DNA of 53,561 nt from a virus (taxonomy: Duplodnaviria > Caudoviricetes), in IMG/VR virus record IMGVR_UViG_3300008120_000183, positions 1-53,561 of that record. One strand, 5' to 3'. The first letter of the stretch is position 1. Each line of letters opens with the position of its first letter. Below, in pieces: positions 38,543-48,835 of the stretch. A program made the translations under genes and the position numbers. The notes under the pieces were generated by a model. That model saw only the letters and a list, made by a program, of their open reading frames with translations, was not told the origin of the DNA and searched no databases.

Positions 38543-39414
38543 ACTTCATCAGTTCAAGTTAGTTCAACCAGTGGTAATTATTATATTAACTTGTATCAAA
38601 CCGGATCTACCTTAGCAGATGCCGAAATTCAATTTAATATTGCTTTTGGAGATTCTGCAGGATCTGGCTCAGTCCTGTATGATCCCGGAATTGATGGTAG
38701 ATCTTATACTTCTACAATATTTGGCCAATTTCAAAATATTATTTTAGGAGATGAAAATAGTAGCTTTGCTTTTGGAGGGATTACTCCAGTAACACAAAGT
38801 TTTTATGCTTTAACTATTAATAGAGCTAGATATAAGGGAAGTTTACTCCCCGGAACATTAGATCTAAGAATAGAAAGTAGCAGTGTATTTGATTTAAGAC
38901 TAACTGATAATAGTAATGATAGTACTACAGTTTCTTTTAATGAAGCTGGGAGGGTTTATCAGATAGTCTCGGGATCAGGAGGAAGAGCTATCGGAGCTGC
39001 TTCTACCCCAGCTGGTGCCGTAGCTAACGGAATGACCGCTTCCGGATCTTATGGTTTATTTCTTCCTGATATAGGGGTAATTTTATTAAATGCTTCGGCA
39101 CTAGATTTAACAGGATCTAATGGTGGTGTAAGATTACAAACTCAATACCAATCTAATACCGATAATAGTAATCCTGATAAATTATATTCTAAGCTAGAAA
39201 TTCTGAGTTTAATTATTCTGAAAACCCTTCATTTATCTCAGGGTCAACTGGGGAAGTATTATATAATTCATTTATTAATGCTCCTCAAACTTTTGTAACA
39301 ACTGTTGGTTTATATAATGATTCTAACGAATTATTAGCAGTTGCTAAATTAAGTAAACCCCTTAAAAAAGATTTTACTAAAGAAGCTCTTGTTAGGGTTA
39401 AATTAGACTTCTAA
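38503..39414 (+). pseudogene. Tail/baseplate protein broken near 38542 and 39192
   Basis: MSFKRLDPEDFLI | TSSVQVSSTSGNYY...KLYS | ARNSEFNYSENPSF...VGLYNDSNELLAVAKL...KLDF*. Confidence 0.7.
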
Positions 39415-39417
39415 TGA

Positions 39418-40204
39418 ATGAGTTACTTAAAAACACTCACCAGTAATGATGTAATTGTAACACCGTTTACAGTTAATAAGACTTTTTCTGGATTAGAATA
39501 TAGCTCAGCTTTTTTTGGTTTAAATACAACTTATCCCCTAGCTGGGGGGAGTGAAGGTACCGCTAGTGCCGCTTTAGTATTTAGTTCTATCAAACAATTA
39601 TACTATAGTAATTACATCTCAGGTAGTAACGGTTTAATTTCTAATGCTTCTACAGCATCATTTAATACTGATGGTACTGTAACCGGCCCTGCTTATACAA
39701 CAAACTACATAAATTCTTTACCTAATACTACAGGATCTTTAAGATATTATGTACCAAACGCCTATATAGGAGTTGTATCTATTCCATCTAAATATTATGG
39801 TAATTATATCCAACCTAATTCATTAAAAATAAATATAAGAGGATGGAATTTTAATATTTACTGGAGTTGGAGACGGAACTGGACCACTCTTTGCGGTTAA
39901 TTCTATTGAATTTCAGTCTTCAATAACATTATATGAGACTCAATATAAATGTACTATTAGAGCTAATGAATATAATTACTCATTAAATCCTAGTTTACTT
40001 ACTACTTATGGTTCAGGTTCAATTTTAGCCTCAGGAAGTGCTACCTATAAAGATTTTGTAACAGGATCGGATTTTTCACCTTTTGTTACAACTGTAGGAT
40101 TATATAATGATAATCAAGAATTATTAGCAGTTGCTAAATTAGCCCAACCCTTACTTACCTCTCAAACTACAGATACAACAATTTTAATAAACTTAGATAG
40201 ATGA
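39418..40204 (+). pseudogene. Paralogous tail/baseplate protein broken near 39838
   Basis: ...IQPNSLKINI | EDGILIFTG...VGLYNDNQELLAVAKL...NLDR*. Confidence 0.7.
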
Positions 40205-40650
40205 ATTGGTTATTAGATGGAAAAGAAATTACAGACATATCTCAATTTCCCCCAAATGTTTTCGGTTTTGTATATGAAATAATTACACCCGATGGTAAAA
40301 AATATATAGGTAAAAAAGTACTATATCATAACCAAAAACGTAAACTTACTAGAGCAGAATTAGCGGAGCAAACTGGGAGAGGAAGAAAATCATTACATAA
40401 AATAATCCAAAAAGAAAGTGATTGGAAATCATATATTGGATCAAATAATAATTTAAAAAAATTAATTGTTGAGGGTAAAGTTACGAAAGAATCTTTAAAA
40501 AGGCACGTTCTTGAGTTAGCTTTTGATAAAAAACATTTAACCTACTTAGAAACCAAATATCTTTTTTCTTTAGGGGTATTAGAAAATCCTGGTAGTTATT
40601 ATAACGATAATATATTAGGAAAGTTTTTTACCAAAGACTTTGAATTTTAA
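40201..40650 (+). CDS. GIY-YIG family nuclease
   Basis: FGFVYEI...KKYIGKK, WKSYIGS, YLE, YYNDNI. Confidence 0.75.
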   Translation: MNWLLDGKEITDISQFPPNVFGFVYEIITPDGKKYIGKKVLYHNQKRKLTRAELAEQTGRGRKSLHKIIQKESDWKSYIGSNNNLKKLIVEGKVTKESLKRHVLELAFDKKHLTYLETKYLFSLGVLENPGSYYNDNILGKFFTKDFEF

Positions 40651-40674
40651 TCCTTTTTTATTATCATCCCCAGT

Positions 40675-41598
40675 ATGGTAAATCATCTGCTAGTAACTCT
40701 AGTTGATTCAGTTTTGGGGAAAGGTAAACAAACCTCACGGGGTAATTATGCTTATCATTGTCCTTTTTGTAAGCACCACAAACCTAAACTTGAAATTAAT
40801 TTTACAGAAAATAAAAAGGGACATAACCCTTGGCATTGTTGGGTTTGCAACACCAGAGGTAAAACCATCCCTAATTTATTTAAAAAAGTAGAGGCATACG
40901 ATAAGATTGAGGAAGCAAAACAACTAATTCCTCAAGGATCATTTGTTAATGAAAATATCCCAGAACAAACTTTAAGTTTACCTAAAGAATTTACCCCACT
41001 TATATTTAATTCTAATAATATAATGGCTCGCCATGCTTTGGCTTATCTAAAACGCAGAGGAGTTACAACAGAAGATATTATTAAATATAATATGGGATAT
41101 TGTGAAAATGGAGAGTATAAAAACATGATTATTATACCTTCATATAATTTTCAAGGGGAATTAAATTACTTTACAGCTCGTAGTTTTGAATCTAACCCCT
41201 ATAAAAAATATAAAAACCCATCAGTATCTCGTGATATTGTACCATTTGAAATGTTTATAAATTGGGATAGCCCGTTAGTATTGTGCGAAGGACCATTTGA
41301 TGCCATAGCCATTAAACGCAATGCGATCCCGCTTTTAGGAAAAAATATTCAAACCAATCTAATGAAAAAAATTATCTCATCTAAAGTAGAAAAACTTTAT
41401 ATTGCTTTAGATAGAGACGCTATAAAATCGGCTCTTAATTTCTGTGAAATTTTTATGAATGAGGGAAAAGAAGTTCATTTAATAGAAATGGATGATAAAG
41501 ACCCTAGTGAATTAGGATTTATAGGCTTTACAGAATTAATCCAAAAATCTACCCCTTTAACACTATCGGGGCTTTTAACTAAAAAATTTAATTTATGA
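40675..41598 (+). CDS. dnaG: DNA primase (Zn finger plus TOPRIM)
   Basis: CPFC...WHCWVC, YLKRRG, LCEGPFDA, ALDRDA, KDPSE. Confidence 0.9.
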   Translation: MVNHLLVTLVDSVLGKGKQTSRGNYAYHCPFCKHHKPKLEINFTENKKGHNPWHCWVCNTRGKTIPNLFKKVEAYDKIEEAKQLIPQGSFVNENIPEQTLSLPKEFTPLIFNSNNIMARHALAYLKRRGVTTEDIIKYNMGYCENGEYKNMIIIPSYNFQGELNYFTARSFESNPYKKYKNPSVSRDIVPFEMFINWDSPLVLCEGPFDAIAIKRNAIPLLGKNIQTNLMKKIISSKVEKLYIALDRDAIKSALNFCEIFMNEGKEVHLIEMDDKDPSELGFIGFTELIQKSTPLTLSGLLTKKFNL

Positions 41599-42362
41599 GT
41601 ATTATTAAAAATTCGTATGGTCGCATATTAGAAATTTCAAATGACCACCAACAAATCACTCTTCCCGACTCTAGATATTACAGAAGAAATGGACAATATT
41701 ACCCTTCTATCACATATGTTTTAAGTTATTACCCCAAAGGCAAACATTTCGAAAATTGGCTCAAACAAGTAGGATTTTCAGCAGATCACATCGTTAAAAA
41801 AGCCAGTGAAGAAGGTACTAAGGTTCACGAAATGATTGAAAATTACCTTAATGGTAAAGAGTTAAATTTTTTAGACAAAAATAATAATCCTACTTGTGAC
41901 CCCGAAATTTGGCAAATGTTTATGAGGTTTGTTAGTTGGTGGGAAGAATATAACCCTACTTTGATCGAAACAGAGGTTCATCTTTTTTCGGACAAATATA
42001 AAATAGCAGGTACTTGTGATTTGGTTTGTGAAATAAATGGAGAATTGTGGATTATAGATTTTAAAACTTCTAATCACCTCCAAACTACTTATGATTTACA
42101 AACTGCAGTTTATGCCCAATGCTTTGAAGAATGTTTTGGTAAAAAAGTAAATCGTGCTGGTGTGTTGTGGTTAAAATCTTCAAAAAGAGGTTCTGCCAAA
42201 GATAAAATGCAAGGGAAAGGATGGGAAGTATATGAATCCCCTCGTTCAATAGAAGAAAACTTAGATTTGTTTATAACGGTTAAAAAATTATTTGACCTAG
42301 AAAACCCTAACCACAAACCAGCATTTACTGAATTCCGCACCACAGCTAAGCGAAATTTGTAA
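41595..42362 (+). CDS. PD-(D/E)XK exonuclease
   Basis: YPSIT, GTKVHEMIE, AGTCDL, IIDFKTS, LQTAVY. Confidence 0.88.
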   Translation: MSIIKNSYGRILEISNDHQQITLPDSRYYRRNGQYYPSITYVLSYYPKGKHFENWLKQVGFSADHIVKKASEEGTKVHEMIENYLNGKELNFLDKNNNPTCDPEIWQMFMRFVSWWEEYNPTLIETEVHLFSDKYKIAGTCDLVCEINGELWIIDFKTSNHLQTTYDLQTAVYAQCFEECFGKKVNRAGVLWLKSSKRGSAKDKMQGKGWEVYESPRSIEENLDLFITVKKLFDLENPNHKPAFTEFRTTAKRNL

Positions 42363-42385
42363 TATTTATAACAAATATTTTTGCT

Positions 42386-43186
42386 GTGAAACTATATGAT
42401 ATACTAAAAGAATTAGCAACCAAACCTAAGGCTTTAATATTAGCTGGGGCTCCGGGTGCAGGTAAATCGTCTATAATAGGTGATATTTTAAATAATTTTA
42501 ATCTTAAAGTATTAAATATAGATGATTTTTACGTTCCTGATTTAATTAAAAGAGGAGTATCTCTTGATATGAAAAATTCTACTCCTGAGGAACGAAGTGA
42601 GCAAGCCAAAGCAATGCAGTATGCTCAAAAACAATATGATGCTAGTCTTAATAGTGCTATTGAAAATAAAGAAAATATAGTAATTGATGGAACCGGAGCT
42701 TCATCAAGAGCCACATTTAATTTAAATGATAAACTTAAAGAAGCAGGATATGATACTATGATGTTATATGTTTATACTTCTTTAGAACAATCACTTGAAC
42801 GTAATGAAAAAAGGTTCGAAAAAAGCCAAGGCAAAGACAGAAGTCTTCCACCAGCAATTGTTTTTAGGACTTGGAATTCTGTCACTGATAATTTTAGTAC
42901 ATATTTTGATAAGTTTGGTAATAATTTTGTAGCGGTTGTAAACGATCCTACTCCCTTTACTAAAAAAAATGTCGAGGATGTTATAACAAAATATTTGACT
43001 CCTTATACTCCTAAAGATACTAAACCCAAAACTCCTGAAGAGCAGGCTAAATCTGATTTAAATAAGGAAAAATTAAATCAACAGGTAGCTAACTTTATGA
43101 AACAAGATCAAGTGCAAAAAGTAATAGATAATTCTGTTACTAAAGGTGAAGCTCAATCGAAAATTAAAGCATTTTTATCTCTATGA
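42386..43186 (+). CDS. P-loop kinase (zeta-toxin/AAA_33-like)
   Basis: LAGAPGAGKS, LNIDD, IVIDGTG, SLERNEKR. Confidence 0.8.
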   Translation: MKLYDILKELATKPKALILAGAPGAGKSSIIGDILNNFNLKVLNIDDFYVPDLIKRGVSLDMKNSTPEERSEQAKAMQYAQKQYDASLNSAIENKENIVIDGTGASSRATFNLNDKLKEAGYDTMMLYVYTSLEQSLERNEKRFEKSQGKDRSLPPAIVFRTWNSVTDNFSTYFDKFGNNFVAVVNDPTPFTKKNVEDVITKYLTPYTPKDTKPKTPEEQAKSDLNKEKLNQQVANFMKQDQVQKVIDNSVTKGEAQSKIKAFLSL

Positions 43187-45633
43187 ATAGTCTATCTATT
43201 GAATTACTAAAAGGAATTTTAGAAGAAGCAGAATTACCACGCAAAGAAGTAGTAGGAATGTTTGGGGGAGGATTTAAACCCCCTACAATAGGCCACTTAG
43301 AAGTAGTAAAACTAGCCCTAGACCAAAACCCAGAAATGGATAGAATGGTTGTTTTAGTAGGTAGTGGAGAAAGAGATTCTATTACTCAAAAAGAAGCATT
43401 AACTATTTGGAGAATATATCAAAAATATCTTCCTAAAAAAGTAGAAATTCAACCTTCCCCTGAAGGTAAGCCTCCTATTGGGGCTATTTATACTTACGCT
43501 AAAGATAATCCTGAAAAAGATGTATATTGGTTTTTAGGGGCAAGAGAGGGAAATGAAGAAGATGCTCAAGATATATTAAAACGTACTAAGGCTCTTCGTA
43601 AAGGAGAATACCCCAATGTTACAGTCAAAACTATATCAACCCCTGATTCGGTTAGCGGAACCAAAACCAGAAAAGCTCTTTTAGCTCGAGATAAAGAAAC
43701 ATTTATACAAGCGTTGCCTGATATTCCTGAAGTAGATGAAATTTGGGATATGCTTTCAAGCTCTATGGGTATTAATGAAGAAAAAAATCCTGTACAACAA
43801 GGAGATCAAATTTTAGCTAAAAAAGGAGCCTGTGTTTATAGAAATGGTAAAAAAATTAATTTAAAACGTAGAAGGTTATTTAATGTTTTAGGTAAAGTTG
43901 AAAATCGTCTTACATTAGAAGATAATTACCAAAGACAATATTGGGTGTTTGATTATAATACTAATGATACTAAATGGGATCGATACTCTTCTCCTGAGTT
44001 AGAAGAAGAAATTTCTCCTGAGCAAGTTGACCAAGTAGATGCTTTTGCAGACAGACAATTAAAACCTATTGATGTTGATTTAAAAAAACAACACTTCTTT
44101 GACCGCTTAAACGACCCTAGAAATGAAAAAGAAATAACCTATTCTGAATTGGTTTCTTTTTTCAAAAAATTAGGTAAAAACAAAAAAGAATTTACTGAAT
44201 TTTTACGCAAGTATGCTGAAGTAGTAGCTAAAGATGATAAAACGAATATTAATATTCCTTTTGTTCAAGCAGCTAATAAAGCAATTGCTAAAACTATAAT
44301 GCGTAAAAAAAATTTCCAAACTCCTAATAAAGTTATTCCTCTTCAAGAGTATAGATACGATCAAGAAGTTTTAATTCAATCCCGTTATATAATAAATCAA
44401 CTTAAAGCTAATTTTAAAAAGAAGTATACTGAAGAGATTGAAGGGAATCTTGATAATATTAATTATGATTTAACATTTGAATTTATCCCTTCAAATACTT
44501 CAAAATTAGGCTCTCTTCCCTATGTAATAAATGCTGCAGCCGATGAGGACACAGTAGAAATCATTCTTACTTATAACCCTAAATCCTTCCCAGAAAAATA
44601 TAACGACTTAATAGCAGAATTAAAGGATACTTTACGCCATGAATTGGAACATGTTGCCCAGCAAAATTTAGACAAGGGAGTAAACATAGAAAAAGATCAA
44701 GATAAACTACCTTTTTATAAGTACCTTACATTAGGATCTGAAATACCTGCTTTTATATCGGGAATATATAAGAGAGCAAAAACTAAAAAAATTCCGTTAC
44801 AACAAGCTATTGATGATTTCTTTGATGATTATTCTGCTGAATTAAGTGATGAAGAAGAACAATTTGTTAGAAAAGAATGGGATAGATGGATTAGAATAAA
44901 TTTACCTAAAGTAAAACTAAAGGAAGCTGACCCTAAAACAGGCACAGGTAAAAAACCTAAAGGATCAGGCCGCAGACTTTATACAGACGAAAATCCTAAA
45001 GATACAGTAGGAATTAAATTTAAAACTAAAGAAGATATAGTAACTACTTTAAATAAAGATTCTTTTAAATCTAAACCTCACGCACGTCAATCTCAAGTAA
45101 TTAATTTAATCCACCAAAGGGTTAGGGCAGCCTATCAAAATGCTAAAGATCCTGAGACCAAAGCTAGGTTAAAGCGAGGTTTAGAGTATATTGAAAAACG
45201 TAAAGAAGCCTCTAAAAAAAAGACCCAAAGATTAAAACAATTAAAAGAAGCCATCGAACCCGAATCTCTTCAATCTAATCTATTATCATTAACTCAATAT
45301 ATGGGAAGTAATGGTTTAAATTTGAAACCATACCCTAAAGTTAAATTTATTAATAGTGATGTTGAGAATGCTAAAGATTTATTAGGCAAAACGGCTTATT
45401 ATGATCCTAATGCTCGATTAATCGTTTTATATACTTTAAATAGACATCCTAAAGATATTCTTCGTTCATATGCTCATGAACTAGTTCACCATCATCAAAA
45501 TCTTAATAGAACTCTTCAACCCTTCCAAACTCAAAATACTAATGAAGATGGAGATTTAGAACAAATTGAGCGTGAAGCTTATGAAAATGGTAACATTTTA
45601 TTTAGAAATTGGGAAGACACTAAAAAATACTAA
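43183..45633 (+). CDS. Multidomain protein: HIGH-family nucleotidyltransferase, two HExxH domains and basic modules
   Basis: GGGFKPPTIGH, SGTKTR; HFFDRLNDPRN; RHELEH; GKKPKGSGRRLYTDENP; AHELVHH...EREAY. Confidence 0.75.
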   Translation: MNSLSIELLKGILEEAELPRKEVVGMFGGGFKPPTIGHLEVVKLALDQNPEMDRMVVLVGSGERDSITQKEALTIWRIYQKYLPKKVEIQPSPEGKPPIGAIYTYAKDNPEKDVYWFLGAREGNEEDAQDILKRTKALRKGEYPNVTVKTISTPDSVSGTKTRKALLARDKETFIQALPDIPEVDEIWDMLSSSMGINEEKNPVQQGDQILAKKGACVYRNGKKINLKRRRLFNVLGKVENRLTLEDNYQRQYWVFDYNTNDTKWDRYSSPELEEEISPEQVDQVDAFADRQLKPIDVDLKKQHFFDRLNDPRNEKEITYSELVSFFKKLGKNKKEFTEFLRKYAEVVAKDDKTNINIPFVQAANKAIAKTIMRKKNFQTPNKVIPLQEYRYDQEVLIQSRYIINQLKANFKKKYTEEIEGNLDNINYDLTFEFIPSNTSKLGSLPYVINAAADEDTVEIILTYNPKSFPEKYNDLIAELKDTLRHELEHVAQQNLDKGVNIEKDQDKLPFYKYLTLGSEIPAFISGIYKRAKTKKIPLQQAIDDFFDDYSAELSDEEEQFVRKEWDRWIRINLPKVKLKEADPKTGTGKKPKGSGRRLYTDENPKDTVGIKFKTKEDIVTTLNKDSFKSKPHARQSQVINLIHQRVRAAYQNAKDPETKARLKRGLEYIEKRKEASKKKTQRLKQLKEAIEPESLQSNLLSLTQYMGSNGLNLKPYPKVKFINSDVENAKDLLGKTAYYDPNARLIVLYTLNRHPKDILRSYAHELVHHHQNLNRTLQPFQTQNTNEDGDLEQIEREAYENGNILFRNWEDTKKY

Positions 45634-45638
45634 TAAAC

Positions 45639-45800
45639 ATGACAACTAAAGAATTTATAGACACAGTAAACGATGAGTTTGATATTGAAACTCTTGAATT
45701 AATGCAATCTATCATAGATAAAAGATTAACTCTGCTTAAAACTATGAAAGATGTTGTTACTAAAAAAAGAGTACAAGGGTTTAAAACATATGACCAATGA
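45639..45800 (+). CDS. Small hypothetical protein (53 aa)
   Basis: MTTKEFIDT...; ATGA-coupled to the next gene. Confidence 0.55.
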   Translation: MTTKEFIDTVNDEFDIETLELMQSIIDKRLTLLKTMKDVVTKKRVQGFKTYDQ

Positions 45801-46375
45801 ATAAAGATAATGTTTTAAAAAAAGAATTCTCTAAAAAAGATGTACAAAGAGCACGTAACCTTATTACAGGTAATAAGGGAGCTCGTACTACTGAGGGAAT
45901 TGGTTACACTAAAACTTATGACTATCATAAAGAGGGAGACGTGTGGGAAGAAGATGGTAGAACTTGGACTATTAAAAATGGTCTTAAACAAAACATAACA
46001 AAATTAGATTCATTCAAAAAAGTAGGTAAATTACCCCTATTTTGTCCTTCTTGTAATAAGTTGATGAAAAAAAATCTTGATAAAAAGGTATTTCCTGCTT
46101 ATCAAAAATGTTTTGATTGTGTGGTAGATTATGAAGCCAAACTTCAAGCCGAAGGCCAATCTCAAGAATATTATTCTGATATGCACAACCAACATATAGA
46201 TAAGGTTCAAAAAGAATATGAGGCTTTTATGAAAGAAAAAATAAAAGAATCAAGTAATTCATATATTACTGAACGTGGAGATAAAGAAAATTGGAATGGG
46301 GGGTTTGATAAAAATTATATTGAAAATGAACTTCAAAAAGGGCTTGAATTTCTTGAAAATTTAAAGATTAAATAA
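45797..46375 (+). CDS. Hypothetical Zn-finger protein
   Basis: CPSC...CFDC. Confidence 0.65.
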   Translation: MNKDNVLKKEFSKKDVQRARNLITGNKGARTTEGIGYTKTYDYHKEGDVWEEDGRTWTIKNGLKQNITKLDSFKKVGKLPLFCPSCNKLMKKNLDKKVFPAYQKCFDCVVDYEAKLQAEGQSQEYYSDMHNQHIDKVQKEYEAFMKEKIKESSNSYITERGDKENWNGGFDKNYIENELQKGLEFLENLKIK

Positions 46376-46396
46376 AGTCATATATTTATTAGTAAC

Positions 46397-47050
46397 ATGG
46401 CTCAACCCGATAAAATAGATATCCTTACTTTTGATGTTCCTCTTTTTATTCGTCTTTTAGAATATGCTAAAGAGGATGCAAAAACTGATATGGATTTACA
46501 TAATTTAGCAGATAATGCTATTTCTCTTAGTAAAGAAAAAGAAATTTTAACTATGGATGATTATAATTCATTAGTTGATTCTTCGTCTGTTAAAGAAGCC
46601 ATAAAAAATGTTTTAGAAGCACAAAAAAAACGTGACCGCTGCCTTAGAATAGCAGACCGTAAATTTGATAAACCTTCAGCCTATAAATCAGGTGCTGTAG
46701 TTAGATGTCGTAAAGGTGATATTTGGAAAGGCATCAAAGAGGGGAAAGATAGCCCACAACCCGGTAAGGCCACCCCTTACGGGTCAGGATTTACTAAAGT
46801 TAAAGAAGAATTAATTCTTGAAAAAGCAAAAGAAACACTCCGCACCTGGTTCAAACGCAAAGGAGCACCGGGCAAAACCGGAGGTTGGGTTGATTGCAAT
46901 TCACCTATTAAAAAAGATGGAGAAATAACTGGATACAAATCTTGTGGGAGACAAAAAGGCGAAAAACGCTCTAAATACCCTTCATGTCGCCCAACTGCTT
47001 CCCAATGTAATAATCCAGGCAAGGGTAAAACTTGGGGTAAAACAAAATAA
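46397..47050 (+). CDS. Modular basic/Cys-rich protein (DUF5872-like)
   Basis: PSAYKSGAVVRCR; LRTWF...WVDC...CGR...YPSCRP. Confidence 0.6.
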   Translation: MAQPDKIDILTFDVPLFIRLLEYAKEDAKTDMDLHNLADNAISLSKEKEILTMDDYNSLVDSSSVKEAIKNVLEAQKKRDRCLRIADRKFDKPSAYKSGAVVRCRKGDIWKGIKEGKDSPQPGKATPYGSGFTKVKEELILEKAKETLRTWFKRKGAPGKTGGWVDCNSPIKKDGEITGYKSCGRQKGEKRSKYPSCRPTASQCNNPGKGKTWGKTK

Positions 47051-47063
47051 AATTCAAAATAAA

Positions 47064-47495
47064 ATGAAAAGATCTGAGTTTAAAGAATATTTAAAAACTG
47101 AAATTCGTAAAATGAACGAAGCAACTATCGAGACAGATAATACTAAAACGGCAGCTGAAATTGCTAAGGAAATTCCTGATGCTACTATTAAAGTTACAGG
47201 AGAAGGTAAAATTAAAGTATCTGAATTTAAAAAATATCTTCGCAATGAAATTTTAGCCGAAATTAATGAAGCTGAAGAGGATAATGTTGATGTTAATATT
47301 GACAACATTGAATCTACCCCAATTGAACCAGCCGCAACAGACGAAACCAGCGAATTAGATGGTATCAGTGACTCTTTAGTTGATTTAGCCAGACAAGCTA
47401 AAGGAATGGGTCAATTGGAATTAGCCAACCAAATTCTTAACTCTGCTAAATACGCTGCTAAAACTCAATTTAAGGGAGTAGAAAAAGGAGCCTAA
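47064..47495 (+). CDS. Putative internal head protein
   Basis: Start re-called at ATG 47064; duplicated leader SEFKEYLKTEI / SEFKKYLRNEI. Confidence 0.6.
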   Translation: MKRSEFKEYLKTEIRKMNEATIETDNTKTAAEIAKEIPDATIKVTGEGKIKVSEFKKYLRNEILAEINEAEEDNVDVNIDNIESTPIEPAATDETSELDGISDSLVDLARQAKGMGQLELANQILNSAKYAAKTQFKGVEKGA

Positions 47496-48340
47496 TGGAA
47501 GAGAGAAAAAAAACTAAATTAGAAAAGATGTCTAAAAAAGAAAAAACATCTTTAGCTTATGCATTAGCTACTAATTTAGCTAAGTATGGTAAACCCCAAA
47601 CACCTAAAAATGAACGTCAATTAACTAAGGGTGAAATGAAAAAAAGAGAAAAACATATGGGTAAGTTTAAAAAAGCTTTTAGCTTAGAAGAAATTGAGCA
47701 AATAAAAGAGGAATTAAAAAATCCTAAAAGAGCTGACTTAAATAAAGATGGTGAATTATCTTCATATGAAAAAAAAAGAGGAGGAGCCATTGAAAAAGCC
47801 ATGCAAAAAGAAGATCTTTCACAATATAAAGTAGGAGATAAAGTAGAATTTAAAGGAAAGAATTATGAGATTACTCGTATAATTGATGATAGAATTTATA
47901 TTAAAAACTTAAAATATGGTGGAAGACCTGATAGTTGGGTTAAAGCAATTGATTTAAAAAAATCAGTAAAAGAAGACCTAGATTTAGGCCACGAAGACAA
48001 CGAACCCCAAATGCTTAAAGCTGATCTTTATAGAATAGCTAAATATGCTGTTGAATTATATAAAATGGTAGACCAATTTGATATTGAGGGCCAGGAAGTA
48101 GATTTTCCACAATGGTGGCAGGAAAAAATTATTCTTTCAAAAGAAGCAATGGTCAAAGCTAAACACTATCTTGATAGTGAATTACAAGTAGATAAGATTG
48201 ATTCAATGTTAGAGGATGATAAAAGTGGTGAAGAACATAAAGTTCTTTCTACCGCAGAACTAAATAAATTAGCAGCACTTCCTCCTACTGATCCTTCATT
48301 TAAAAAAGATCGTAGACACCAAAGATTAGTGAAAAAATAA
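47495..48340 (+). CDS. Modular hypothetical protein
   Basis: EF-hand-like DLNKDGELSSYE, KOW/SH3-like YKVGDKV, WWQEKI module. Confidence 0.6.
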   Translation: MEERKKTKLEKMSKKEKTSLAYALATNLAKYGKPQTPKNERQLTKGEMKKREKHMGKFKKAFSLEEIEQIKEELKNPKRADLNKDGELSSYEKKRGGAIEKAMQKEDLSQYKVGDKVEFKGKNYEITRIIDDRIYIKNLKYGGRPDSWVKAIDLKKSVKEDLDLGHEDNEPQMLKADLYRIAKYAVELYKMVDQFDIEGQEVDFPQWWQEKIILSKEAMVKAKHYLDSELQVDKIDSMLEDDKSGEEHKVLSTAELNKLAALPPTDPSFKKDRRHQRLVKK

Positions 48341-48834
48341 TGCAAAAATCAGAATTCATAGCAAAAATCAAAACTTTAGCAAAACAGGTATATGCTAACA
48401 AGACTAATCAACCTGAAATTGCTCAAAGTAAATTTCCTGTAATTGATAAGTTTCCTCCTTTAAAAGGAGTAATGGAAGATTTATTTGATTTTCAATATGA
48501 ACCCTTTGTTGAAGATATGGAATGGGTAGCACCCCGTCCTACTACATTTCGAGTTAAACTTGTAAATGGGGCTGATTTTTATCTTATATATCAAGGCATG
48601 GATGAGGGTAAAGGAATATTTATAGCTCAAGTAGCTGGTAAAAAATATTTTTTAGAATCTCTTCCCGAAGAACAACAAGCATCTGAAGCAATAGCTCGTT
48701 TGTTAAGATATAACTATGCAACCCCACCCAAAACAGAAACCCCAGATATTGAACCAGATTTAGGAGGAGAAGAAACACCCCCTCCTACTCCTGAAGAAGA
48801 AAGTGGAGTTCCTGCTTCTGTAGAAGAATTATAA
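48340..48834 (+). CDS. Hypothetical protein with P/E-rich tail
   Basis: ORF track. Confidence 0.6.
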   Translation: MQKSEFIAKIKTLAKQVYANKTNQPEIAQSKFPVIDKFPPLKGVMEDLFDFQYEPFVEDMEWVAPRPTTFRVKLVNGADFYLIYQGMDEGKGIFIAQVAGKKYFLESLPEEQQASEAIARLLRYNYATPPKTETPDIEPDLGGEETPPPTPEEESGVPASVEEL

Positions 48835-48835
48835 A

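Noticed and set aside
39291-40140. 53/60-bp repeat (39291-39350 vs 40081-40140) as a DGR template/variable pair
   Set aside because: It encodes the shared VTTVGLYND..ELLAVAKL motif of two paralogues. A-mismatches go in both directions and no reverse transcriptase is present.
41595-42362. Cas4 as part of a CRISPR system
   Set aside because: It lacks the Fe-S cysteine cluster and sits beside the primase, so it is an ordinary phage exonuclease.
42386-43186. Zeta/epsilon toxin-antitoxin module
   Set aside because: There is no antitoxin-like neighbour, and the context is late virion-associated genes.
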